From assembly GCA_944389135.1 (NCBI GenBank), contig CALXLG010000002.1, forward strand, positions 24,362-88,361: a stretch of 64,000 nucleotides of DNA, given 5' to 3'. Positions 19,101 through 26,466 of the stretch are shown here, one piece after another. Under the pieces are notes generated by a model that was not told the origin of the DNA, did no database searches, and was given only the letters and a program-made list of their open reading frames with translations. Numbering within the stretch: the first letter of the stretch is position 1; each line of letters begins with the position of its first letter. The DNA is from an uncultured Alphaproteobacteria bacterium. Lineage in GTDB: Bacteria; Pseudomonadota; Alphaproteobacteria; Rs-D84. The translations under genes and the position numbers were made by a program.

Positions 19101-20297
19101 AGCTTCTACTGTTGGACGTTCACCCGGTCTGATAACGTTATAAATTTCAATCAACGCTTCTTCACGATTTGTTGTCTTATCCGCCATCAAAGTATTACGC
19201 ATATGCGCAGTTATTGTTGCATTATCAATAGAAATTAATGAAATGTTTTTTACACCCATTTTTTCTAAATCAGCCAATACTTCTTCTGTTATTTCTGTAC
19301 CAGCTTGGAATACAACTTCATCACCGCTCATAATTGGGTCAAATAAGTACTCACCAACCAAAGATTCTGGCATAATACCATATGATTTTGACGCTGCCAT
19401 TATTTTGGACAAGCGCTTTGCATTCATACGGTCACCCTTATTCGCCAAAACCTTTTTATCTTTTGGGTTAATTAAATCGTAGTTCAAACGATATTTATCC
19501 AAACCCTCAAATACAGAAGTTTCACCTACCCATAATTTACCATCAAAAGATAAAGGCATACGCTTATAAAATGCGCCCAATATTTCTGTATCATCCATAC
19601 CACGAATTGTTGATTTACGTGGGTCTGCCAACCATTTCTTTTCATCTTCAGCAGCTGGTAAGCAACGCAATAAAACAGTTGCAGGTATTTTACGATGACG
19701 GTCTATGCGTACGTATATAACACCTTTGTATTCTTCAAAGTCAATCCAACTACCGTGTTCTGGAATAATACGTGCTGTATATGTAATTGGATTACCGGCA
19801 ATCTTAGCTTCTTTTGTAGTTGCAAAAACAACACCTTGTGCACGATGCATCTGAGAAACAATTACACGTTCTACACCTGATGCAATGAAACTACCGCGCT
19901 CTGTCATCAAAGGCACTTCGCCCATGAATATTTCTTGTTCCTTTATGTCACGAAGAGTTTTCTTACCATCTTCTGCGACATCCCACAAAATCAATCTCAG
20001 CTTCAGCTTCAGTTTGCTAGAATACGTCATATTACGCAACAAGCATTCTTTAACACCATAAACAGGTTCATCCAATGTATATTCTACAAATTCAAGTTCT
20101 GCAATTCCTGCATAATCTTTAATTGGGAACATTGATGAAAAGACGTTTTGTAACCCTATATTTTTTCTATTTTGTGGGGCAACGTCTGCCTGTAAGAAGT
20201 CTTTATATGAATTATATTGAATTTCAACTAAATCTGGAAGCGGAGTTTGCAAAAAACTTTTACCAAAAGATTTTCTAAATTTCTGGATAACTGCCAT
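16161..20297 (-). CDS. rpoB: DNA-directed RNA polymerase subunit beta (RpoB)
   Basis: About 1378 aa. I preferred the ATG at 20297 (AAGGA RBS) to the TTG at 20306. Confidence 0.95.
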   Translation of the reverse strand: MAVIQKFRKSFGKSFLQTPLPDLVEIQYNSYKDFLQADVAPQNRKNIGLQNVFSSMFPIKDYAGIAELEFVEYTLDEPVYGVKECLLRNMTYSSKLKLKLRLILWDVAEDGKKTLRDIKEQEIFMGEVPLMTERGSFIASGVERVIVSQMHRAQGVVFATTKEAKIAGNPITYTARIIPEHGSWIDFEEYKGVIYVRIDRHRKIPATVLLRCLPAAEDEKKWLADPRKSTIRGMDDTEILGAFYKRMPLSFDGKLWVGETSVFEGLDKYRLNYDLINPKDKKVLANKGDRMNAKRLSKIMAASKSYGIMPESLVGEYLFDPIMSGDEVVFQAGTEITEEVLADLEKMGVKNISLISIDNATITAHMRNTLMADKTTNREEALIEIYNVIRPGERPTVEAAINLFMRQGFDASYYDLSAVGRFKMNKRLKIDSGKKPEDERLLTKSDFLAVLKTLTNIIDHKDTVDDIDNLSNRRVRTVGELLEQNFRTGMLRVERLVRESLSSPNIANMQPQDVVNVKPLMSLISEFLGTSQLSQFMEAYNPLTEVEHKRLISALGPGGLNRDRAGIDVRDVHPTHYGRLCPIHTPEGANIGLINHLATYARVNPYGFIETPYYVVENSKITDKMVYLTADEELGHKIAQGNTPTTATGVLAEDMVTARVDGEFTMVPKEEIDLIDVEPRQVVSIATGLIPFVENDDANRALMGSNMQRQAVPLLRVQAPLVGTGIEREVARDSRTGKVAKHSGVVESVDANRIVVKCMNSRNVVTGVDIYNLEKFERSNSETLIHQKPLVKVGDRVSAGDIIADGSAMNYGELALGRNVLVAFVPWRGYNYEDSIVISERISRDDVFTSIKIVEKEFKVRDTQLGPESFTRDIPNVSEEALKNLDESGIIYVGARVKQGDILVGRVSPKSETLLTPEEALLRNIFGEKALNVKDTSLRVGPNEEGTVIGVNVLTRHGVKKDERTQMIELQKIEKINKDREEETSIIEKGFADQVFQIAEGQIIDAGTGSLKPFVGKKLTEEVFEGIKPSDVKKLVVRNKEAQAKIDELREQHVAKLKLLNEKADAEVAKVTESNSLNAGVLKEVKVYIAHKMKLQPGDKMAGRHGNKGIVSKVVPIEDMPYMEDGTPVDIVLNPLGVPSRMNIGQILETHLGMAARTLGQQIGEVLEEVKQKRAVTDDLRTIMGKVYGKEVADKLEKMTDTDVRAEAALLKDGVPMATPTFDGATPEDIRSMLKLAKLPESGQFTLYDGMTGEKFARPVTVGVMYMLKLHHFVDEKIHARSIGNYSLVTQQPLSGKAHMGGQRLGEMEVWALEAHGAAHLLREMLTVKSDDITGRTKMYESIISGSNDIQTGTPEAFNVLVRELRGLGLAMTPKKID

Positions 20298-20370
20298 GGG
20301 TATCAATCCTTTTTTGTTGTGCGTTTTGCAAACGAAAACGATAAAAAATCGTCATATATTTTTACGCCTT

Positions 20371-20410
20371 TGTGCCCACCTAGGGTTTTAACCCCAAGTG
20401 GGCGGCGTTT
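20371..20410 (-). promoter_or_regulatory. rplL-rpoB intergenic attenuator / processing hairpin
   Basis: Imperfect inverted repeat 'gcccacctagggtt...aaccccaagtgggc'. It is analogous to the partial terminator between rplL and rpoB in other bacteria. Confidence 0.3.
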
Positions 20411-20467
20411 TGTCGCAATCTATCGCGACTTATCTTTCCATGAGAACATTTCTGTTCCCCAGGTGAA

Positions 20468-20833
20468 TTATTTCAATTCAACCTTTGCACCAGCTGCTTC
20501 TAACGTGGCTTTCATTTTTTCAGCTTCGTCTTTTGCAACTGCTTCTTTTACTGCCTTTGGTGCAGATTCAACCAAAGCTTTCGCTTCGCCCAAACCTAAC
20601 CCAGTAATATCTTTAACAGCCTTGATAACTGCTAATTTGTTTGCACCAGCTTCTGCCAAGACAACATCAAATTCTGTCTTTTCTTCGGCAGCTGCAGCAG
20701 CAGGACCTGCTGCAACAGCAACTGCAGCAGCAGCGCTTACACCCCAAGTTTCTTCTAACGCTTTGGATAATTCAACAGCTTCCAAAACGCTTAATTTTGA
20801 CAATTCTTCAACTAATTTTTGAATATCTGCCAT
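20468..20833 (-). CDS. rplL: 50S ribosomal protein L7/L12
   Basis: 121 aa with a typical Ala-rich hinge. Confidence 0.95.
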   Translation of the reverse strand: MADIQKLVEELSKLSVLEAVELSKALEETWGVSAAAAVAVAAGPAAAAAEEKTEFDVVLAEAGANKLAVIKAVKDITGLGLGEAKALVESAPKAVKEAVAKDEAEKMKATLEAAGAKVELK

Positions 20834-20879
20834 TTTTTTGCTCCTATTTATATTCAGAACAACAATGTTCTAATATATT

Positions 20880-21356
20880 TTAATTCTTTTTTCCATACTC
20901 TGCAGAAACACGTGCTAAACGTGACGCTGGTTCTACCAATATGCGTGCAATTGTACCACGAATTTCCAACAGGGATGGCAGTTTGGATAATTGCACAATG
21001 TCGTCTGTACTTAGAACGTCTGCATCCATTTTACCACCAAGTATTGTCAAGTTTGGATGTTCTTCTGCAAACTTTGCCAAAACTTTGGTAACCGCCAAAC
21101 CATCTGTTGCAACCGCAACAGCCGTTGGGCGTTTCATCATTTCAGATACAGGTTCAAAGTCAGTGCCTTTCAGCGCTAACTTCATCAAACGGTTTTTAAC
21201 TACTTTAAAAACAGAAACTAATGGACGTAATTCATTACGCAATGTTTCCATTTCTTTAACAGTCAAACCATGATTTTCAATAACGAAAATCCCGTTTGCA
21301 TCTTTCAAGGACGACTGCAACGCTGAAATCAAATCTGATTTTTCTTCGCGTCTCAT
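20880..21356 (-). CDS. rplJ: 50S ribosomal protein L10
   Basis: 158 aa, in its conserved position. Confidence 0.9.
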   Translation of the reverse strand: MRREEKSDLISALQSSLKDANGIFVIENHGLTVKEMETLRNELRPLVSVFKVVKNRLMKLALKGTDFEPVSEMMKRPTAVAVATDGLAVTKVLAKFAEEHPNLTILGGKMDADVLSTDDIVQLSKLPSLLEIRGTIARILVEPASRLARVSAEYGKKN

Positions 21357-21571
21357 ATCTTTACCCTTACTTGCAAGATTTCAGAAACTTACTTCTAAAA
21401 TCCCCTGTTTTGTTAAACTTTCCAATCGGTTTCGTACCGAATGGGGCCTTCATTCTGCCCCAAAGAACCTTTTCTTTGTCTATGATGGAAATTAAGCCTT
21501 AATTGACACCATCAGTCTCGGACAGAAATCTTTGTTCGCGGCTGAGTAATTTCTTACCCAACCGCAATTTA
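21357..21571 (-). promoter_or_regulatory. rplJ leader (expected L10-L12 autoregulatory leader)
   Basis: 215-nt untranslated leader between rplA and rplJ. I assign it by position and did not fold the structure. Confidence 0.4.
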
Positions 21572-22246
21572 TTATTTTACTTCTACTTTCAGACCAGGAC
21601 CCTGAGTCGTAGCAACCGCTGCACTCAAGATATACTGACCTTTTACAGAAGCTGGTTTTACTTTCTTTAATTGTTCTACTAACGCATTTGCGTTTTCAAC
21701 CAATTTTTCTGTTGCAAAAGACATCTTACCAATACCTGCATGAATTATACCTTTCTTTTCAGCACGGTATTCAATCTGACCCGCCTTTGCAGTTGCAACA
21801 GCTTCTGCAACGTTATTTGTAACAGTACCTAATTTTGGATTCGGCATCAAGCCTTTTGGTCCCAAAATACGTGCAACCTTAGACATCTTTGGCATCATAT
21901 CTGGTGTTGCAATAACACGGTCAAAGTTTATTTCACCTGCTGCAACTTTTTCAATTAAATCTTCGCCACCAACAACATCTGCACCAGCTTTCTTCGCTTC
22001 GTCTGCACTATTTACAGTAAATACTGCAACACGAACCGTTTTACCAGTACCGTTTGGCAAAGATACCATACCACGAATGTTTTGGTCTGCCTTGGTTACA
22101 TCAACACCTAAACGAATTGCAATTTCTAAGCTTTCGTCAAATTTCTTAGAGCAATATGGACGCAATGCTTCAATAGCCTCAGCCAAAGTATAAACCTTGT
22201 CTGTATCCAACTGAGCCCAAGTTTTTTGTCTTTTTGTCAGTTTCAT
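21572..22246 (-). CDS. rplA: 50S ribosomal protein L1
   Basis: 224 aa. Confidence 0.95.
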   Translation of the reverse strand: MKLTKRQKTWAQLDTDKVYTLAEAIEALRPYCSKKFDESLEIAIRLGVDVTKADQNIRGMVSLPNGTGKTVRVAVFTVNSADEAKKAGADVVGGEDLIEKVAAGEINFDRVIATPDMMPKMSKVARILGPKGLMPNPKLGTVTNNVAEAVATAKAGQIEYRAEKKGIIHAGIGKMSFATEKLVENANALVEQLKKVKPASVKGQYILSAAVATTQGPGLKVEVK

Positions 22247-22249
22247 ATC

Positions 22250-22681
22250 TTATTCCTCCACCTTTACGCCCATAGAACGGCATTGACCCGCAACAATATT
22301 CATAGCAGATTCAATGGTAGAGCAATTTAAGTCTGGCATTTTATTTTCTGCAATTTCTTTAACCTGTGCTTTTGTTATTGTACCAACAAAATCACGACCT
22401 GGTTTATGAGAACCAATTTTCAGTTTCAATGCCTTTTTAATGTAATATGACACAGGTGGCAACTTCATTATAAATTCAAAGCTGCGGTCTGTATAAACAG
22501 TGATTATACAAGGAATTGGCATTCCTGGTTCTTTATCAGCTGTTTTGTCATTAAACTGTTTGCAGAATTCTGCAATATTTACACCGGCTGCACCCAACGC
22601 AGGTCCAATAGGAGGCGCAGGATTTGCCTGTTTTGCAGGGACTACTAATTTAACAATCCCCTTTACTTCTTTTTTTGCCAT
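22250..22681 (-). CDS. rplK: 50S ribosomal protein L11
   Basis: 143 aa, 'PPIGPALG' motif. Confidence 0.95.
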   Translation of the reverse strand: MAKKEVKGIVKLVVPAKQANPAPPIGPALGAAGVNIAEFCKQFNDKTADKEPGMPIPCIITVYTDRSFEFIMKLPPVSYYIKKALKLKIGSHKPGRDFVGTITKAQVKEIAENKMPDLNCSTIESAMNIVAGQCRSMGVKVEE

Positions 22682-22944
22682 TTGTTCACTCCATTTTTCG
22701 TTGTGTTTGTGGTCCGATATGGCTATCTACCACAAGGATTTTTAATTGAAATACTCAACAAAAATCCTAAAACTCTATTTTTCTCGTGCTTTTATTTCTG
22801 CCAACAACCTGTCTATAAAAGCCCCTCTTTCTGCCGCAAGCTTCGCAAACATTTCTTTTGTTTCGGGTTTCTGACGCCACCTTTCTATATCTTCCTTTAT
22901 TTCACAAATCTTTAAATTACCCGTCGAGTTCCGATAAATCATAC

Positions 22945-23478
22945 TTACACTCTTTCTACTTGCGTAAAGTCCAGTTCTACACTTGTTTCACGACCAAACA
23001 CTAAAATTGTAACGGTCATTTTTTGCTTTAAATTATCAACCTCTGATACAACACCATTAAAGCCCGCAAAAGGTCCATCAATTACATGCACTTCTTGACC
23101 GACTTCATATTCAACTTCATCAGTCACAACACTACCTTCTTCAACCTGCTTTAACAAGCGTCTTGCTTCTTCTTCACTAACAGCAATAGGTTTATTTTTT
23201 GCACCCAAGAACATTACTACTTGCGGCATCAACTTTACCAAAGAGAATGTCTCATTATTCATAACCATTTGAACAACGATATAACCTGGGAAAAACTTTT
23301 TTTCAGATTTTACACGTTTACCCGCTTTTATTTCCGTAACTTCACGTGTCGGTACTAAAATTTCACCAAAATAAGCGTTCAAACGACGTTTATCAATTTG
23401 TTCGCGTAAACCACGAGCAACCTTATCCTCGCAGCCAGTGTGAACATTAACAACAAACCATTGCATTTTTTCTTCCAT
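22945..23478 (-). CDS. nusG: Transcription termination/antitermination factor NusG
   Basis: 'WFVVNVHTGCEDKV', with a C-terminal KOW domain. I trimmed the start to the ATG at 23478 (AAGGAAG RBS). Confidence 0.9.
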   Translation of the reverse strand: MEEKMQWFVVNVHTGCEDKVARGLREQIDKRRLNAYFGEILVPTREVTEIKAGKRVKSEKKFFPGYIVVQMVMNNETFSLVKLMPQVVMFLGAKNKPIAVSEEEARRLLKQVEEGSVVTDEVEYEVGQEVHVIDGPFAGFNGVVSEVDNLKQKMTVTILVFGRETSVELDFTQVERV

Positions 23479-23497
23479 AAGAACTTCCTTTGCCCGT

Positions 23498-23677
23498 TTA
23501 GAAAATCCAACCAACAATTGCGTTTAACACACTGTCCGTGATAAAGAAAAACAGCGCAGCTAAACCAGAAAACACCAGAATCATAATTGTTGCACGAATT
23601 ACACTATCACGTGATGGCCACACAATTTTGAACCATTCACTGCGAACTGATTTAATATATTCTAGTATTTTTTTCAT
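23498..23677 (-). CDS. secE: Preprotein translocase subunit SecE (short form)
   Basis: Absent from the ORF track. I translated it manually as MKKILEYIKSVRSEWFKIVWPSRDSVIRATIMILVFSGLAALFFFITDSVLNAIVGWIF (59 aa). It is in the conserved position upstream of nusG. Confidence 0.8.
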   Translation of the reverse strand: MKKILEYIKSVRSEWFKIVWPSRDSVIRATIMILVFSGLAALFFFITDSVLNAIVGWIF

Positions 23678-23719
23678 AAAATCTGCCTATATTTAGACTA
23701 TACAAAAAGCCCAGAAATC

Positions 23720-23744
23720 TGGCAGGGGCAGAAGGAAAGTTCGG
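23720..23744 (-). repeat. Partial duplicate of the tRNA-Trp 3' end
   Basis: The 17 nt 'tggcaggggcagaagga' is identical to 23901-23917. The copy lacks the 5' tRNA half. Confidence 0.6.
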
Positions 23745-23900
23745 TCTTCAACCTCACCACTCGTACGGATTTCGCTGCGCTATGCTTGCAAAATCCAACT
23801 CGTATGCGAACCCACCATTTTATGTATTCGGGTTCGATTCCCCGCCCACACCTTGACTTAAAATTCCCCAAAATATGGCAAGCATATTTTGGTGAATTTT

Positions 23901-23974
23901 TGGCAGGGGCAGAAGGAATCGAACCCTCATCCGCGGTTTTGGAGACCGATATTCTACCGTTGAACTATGCCCCT
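23901..23974 (-). tRNA. tRNA-Trp (anticodon CCA)
   Basis: The 74-nt reverse-complement cloverleaf reads AGGGGCA...CTCCAAA...GGTTCGATTCC...TGCCCCTGCCA. It is in the conserved position upstream of secE. Confidence 0.9.
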
Positions 23975-24204
23975 AAAACTACCTTATACACACCTGTTTT
24001 TTGTACCATCTGACCCCGATAGTCTGCGACAAGATAGCACACCTGTACAAAAAATCAAGTGGAAATATTATACGTTTTTAATCGCAATTGCGCAAGTAAA
24101 ATTTAAAAGTTTTTGTTAGTAATTTCTGATTTTAGTATACTTTTTACTTGCGTGCCCCTACTATTTTTTTCTACAATCATCTTAATGAAAGGGAGAGGAA
24201 CACA

Positions 24205-24885
24205 TTGCAAGACCGTGTAGAACCGCCAATTTTGCTGTCTAGAGTGATGACGTTCGTATTTGCCAGCGCAATTGTCGTGCTGGTCGCGTTGGTATTTACA
24301 CTGTACAATATGTTCCCGTTAAATCGCCCACAGGTATTCTTTTTAATGACTGCACCTAAGCAAAACTTGCAAGTAATTTTACGCGAAATGGTCCCGTCAG
24401 ACGAAAATTTAGAGAATTATAAAAAATCTTTCATATTAGAATATATCAAGGCACGAAATGAAATTGTACCAAACGCTGGTGTAATGCGTACAAAATGGAA
24501 CAATGGCACAGACGGTGTTGTTTATACTTGGTCAACACAGGATGTATATAACACATTTACTGAAACAAATATGTGGCAAGCATGGATGTCAGGGCTACCA
24601 GATTTTGAATTTTCATGCTCTGTTGAATTTGGTGCAAACGCATTTGAACCATATGCAGACGATACTTATATAGTAAAATTTTACTATTTCTGTGCAGATA
24701 GTAATAGACAGCTGGATAAAAAAGAGTATAAAATAAAAGTAAAATTAGATATGGAAGATAACGCCACTATCAAATGGTCAGACAGATTAGATAACCCGTT
24801 GGGTATTCGTGTGTCAGAATACGAAATAGAATCTGAAAATGGTGACCCGCTAAATACAGGTTATTTGGCAAACGGTGATATGTAA
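24205..24885 (+). CDS. virB8: VirB8/TrbF/DotI-like type IV secretion inner-membrane protein
   Basis: Short N-terminus, a single TM segment ('FVFASAIVVLVALVFTLY'), a ~190-aa periplasmic domain and an 'ILEYIKARNEI' YxxxR-type motif. It sits immediately upstream of the VirB9- and VirB10-like genes. The start is ambiguous: TTG at 24205 (GGGAGAGG RBS), TTG at 24148 or ATG at 24247. Confidence 0.55.
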   Translation: MQDRVEPPILLSRVMTFVFASAIVVLVALVFTLYNMFPLNRPQVFFLMTAPKQNLQVILREMVPSDENLENYKKSFILEYIKARNEIVPNAGVMRTKWNNGTDGVVYTWSTQDVYNTFTETNMWQAWMSGLPDFEFSCSVEFGANAFEPYADDTYIVKFYYFCADSNRQLDKKEYKIKVKLDMEDNATIKWSDRLDNPLGIRVSEYEIESENGDPLNTGYLANGDM

Positions 24886-24912
24886 AGAAATTAAGAAACG
24901 GAAGGAAATGGC

Positions 24913-26445
24913 ATGACGTTCTCAAAAACACTGAAGTTAAATATATCCATAATTTGCTTGATAGCATTGTGTAATTTCCCTGCACTGGCAACCAGTTATG
25001 GTGTTCAAGAAGCTTGGGATAATCCAACTGCAAATATGGCATCTGGCAGTGTAAAGCCTGGCTATGCCCAGCTTAGCTGGTCAAAAGGTAGTGTTTTACC
25101 TGTAAAACTTCGTAATGGTATGGTAACGATGATAACATTGCCCAATGGGGAACAAATTGCCGAAGCAGTTGTTGGTAATGAAAATTTATTCACTTTTGAT
25201 GCGGCACAGGGTGGAAACACGATATTAATTACCCCGTTACAAAGTAACCAAGGCTCAGATACTAATTTTATAGTAACTGGAAAATCTGGCAACCAATATA
25301 TATTCTATCTTCGTAGCGAACCAGCAAACTCTAGTGAAATTACATATTCTCAGGTTGACGTCGTTTTAGACGGTAATGCAACATTACCAAATGCAACATC
25401 TAATACTAGCGCCGCCACAGGTGGTTCTTCTTCCATTTTTAAAAAAGTTTCTAATGCGACAAGCACTGTTGGTGTTGACGGCGAAGACTATGGTTGGATA
25501 AAATCTATGAAGATTGACCCATCTGAATTTAGATTTGATTTAGATATCTTCGTACCAAACCCAGATGATTATGTAATCGCACCAGAACGCGTATGGCGCG
25601 ACCAGATATTTACTTATATCGACTTTGGTGACAAAGTTATATCAATGACACAAAGACCAGTTGTCTCTTTGCTGGTTGAAGGTGGGGAATCACCGGTTGG
25701 CTTCCGTACAGACGGTGAAGACGGCAGATTATTAATTGTAGAAGCCGTTGGTGATATGGTTTTGCGCAGTGGTCAACGAATTGTTTGCATAAAGAAACGT
25801 GAAAAACCATTCTTGATTGCAGATACAGCATCAGTTATGGCCTTGGCAGAAGCAAATGTTGCACAAAGTCTTATGTCTGGGCAATCATTGAATAACATTG
25901 CATACAATCAAGACTTGGCCGCAATGAGTGGTTCTGTTTCCAATTACACAACAACACCTATGTTTGTTGGTAACGCGTCTATGGGTGGTACAACTAGTGG
26001 TTATTATATGCCTGCAGGATATGGGTTGCCAACCGCAACTTATGGCAGCAGCAGTGCAAGTGGTGTAACAATGATACCAACAGAAAGAATAACGGCTGGT
26101 TCGTTCTTACCGCAATCTAACATTCCATTGATAACAACAAATCAATCTGGGGTGGCAGTTGAGTTAAAATCAGATACGTCTGTGAAAGCTTTGGATGATT
26201 ATTGGGCTAATTTGCTGGCGAAATTTAGTGGCGAAGACGGTCAAGGATTATTGGCACCTTATAAAGACATGGTATTCTTTGCTGTTGACGAACAAGGTGT
26301 TGGCGATTTAGGTGCTGAATCTTCTGCTGCACGTCTATACCGTTTACGCATTGGACCTTTGTCTGATATAGATACAGCACAAACGCTTTGTGATAAGCTT
26401 ACACGCTCGCAAGGAATTAGTTGCAGTGTTGTCAGAATTCAATAA
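24913..26445 (+). CDS. virB9: VirB9/TrbG/DotH-like T4SS outer-membrane core protein with a C-terminal SPOR domain
   Basis: Signal peptide. N-terminal domain 'GEQIAEAVVGNENLFTFDAAQGGNTILITPLQSNQGSDTNFIVTGKSGNQYIFYLRS' and C-terminal domain 'VSLLVEGGESPVGFRTDGEDGRLLIVEAVGDMVLRSGQRIVCI' are VirB9-like. The extra C-terminal ~70 aa ('LYRLRIGPLSDIDTAQTLCDKLTRSQGISCSVVRI') resembles a SPOR domain. Confidence 0.7.
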   Translation: MTFSKTLKLNISIICLIALCNFPALATSYGVQEAWDNPTANMASGSVKPGYAQLSWSKGSVLPVKLRNGMVTMITLPNGEQIAEAVVGNENLFTFDAAQGGNTILITPLQSNQGSDTNFIVTGKSGNQYIFYLRSEPANSSEITYSQVDVVLDGNATLPNATSNTSAATGGSSSIFKKVSNATSTVGVDGEDYGWIKSMKIDPSEFRFDLDIFVPNPDDYVIAPERVWRDQIFTYIDFGDKVISMTQRPVVSLLVEGGESPVGFRTDGEDGRLLIVEAVGDMVLRSGQRIVCIKKREKPFLIADTASVMALAEANVAQSLMSGQSLNNIAYNQDLAAMSGSVSNYTTTPMFVGNASMGGTTSGYYMPAGYGLPTATYGSSSASGVTMIPTERITAGSFLPQSNIPLITTNQSGVAVELKSDTSVKALDDYWANLLAKFSGEDGQGLLAPYKDMVFFAVDEQGVGDLGAESSAARLYRLRIGPLSDIDTAQTLCDKLTRSQGISCSVVRIQ

Positions 26446-26466
26446 TAAAATAACTGCGGATTTGTT

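Noticed and set aside
12276-20135. Numerous 60-170-aa ORFs on the + strand opposite rpoC/rpoB
   Set aside because: All lie antisense to highly conserved RNA polymerase genes, with no RBS and no motif.
23700-23900. Possible two-piece (permuted) tmRNA next to tRNA-Trp
   Set aside because: A T-arm-like 'gggttcgattcc' and a GGGGC-initiated segment are present. I could not find an ANDN-type tag reading frame or a consistent acceptor pairing on either strand. I therefore treat it as tRNA-derived debris unless a covariance search says otherwise.
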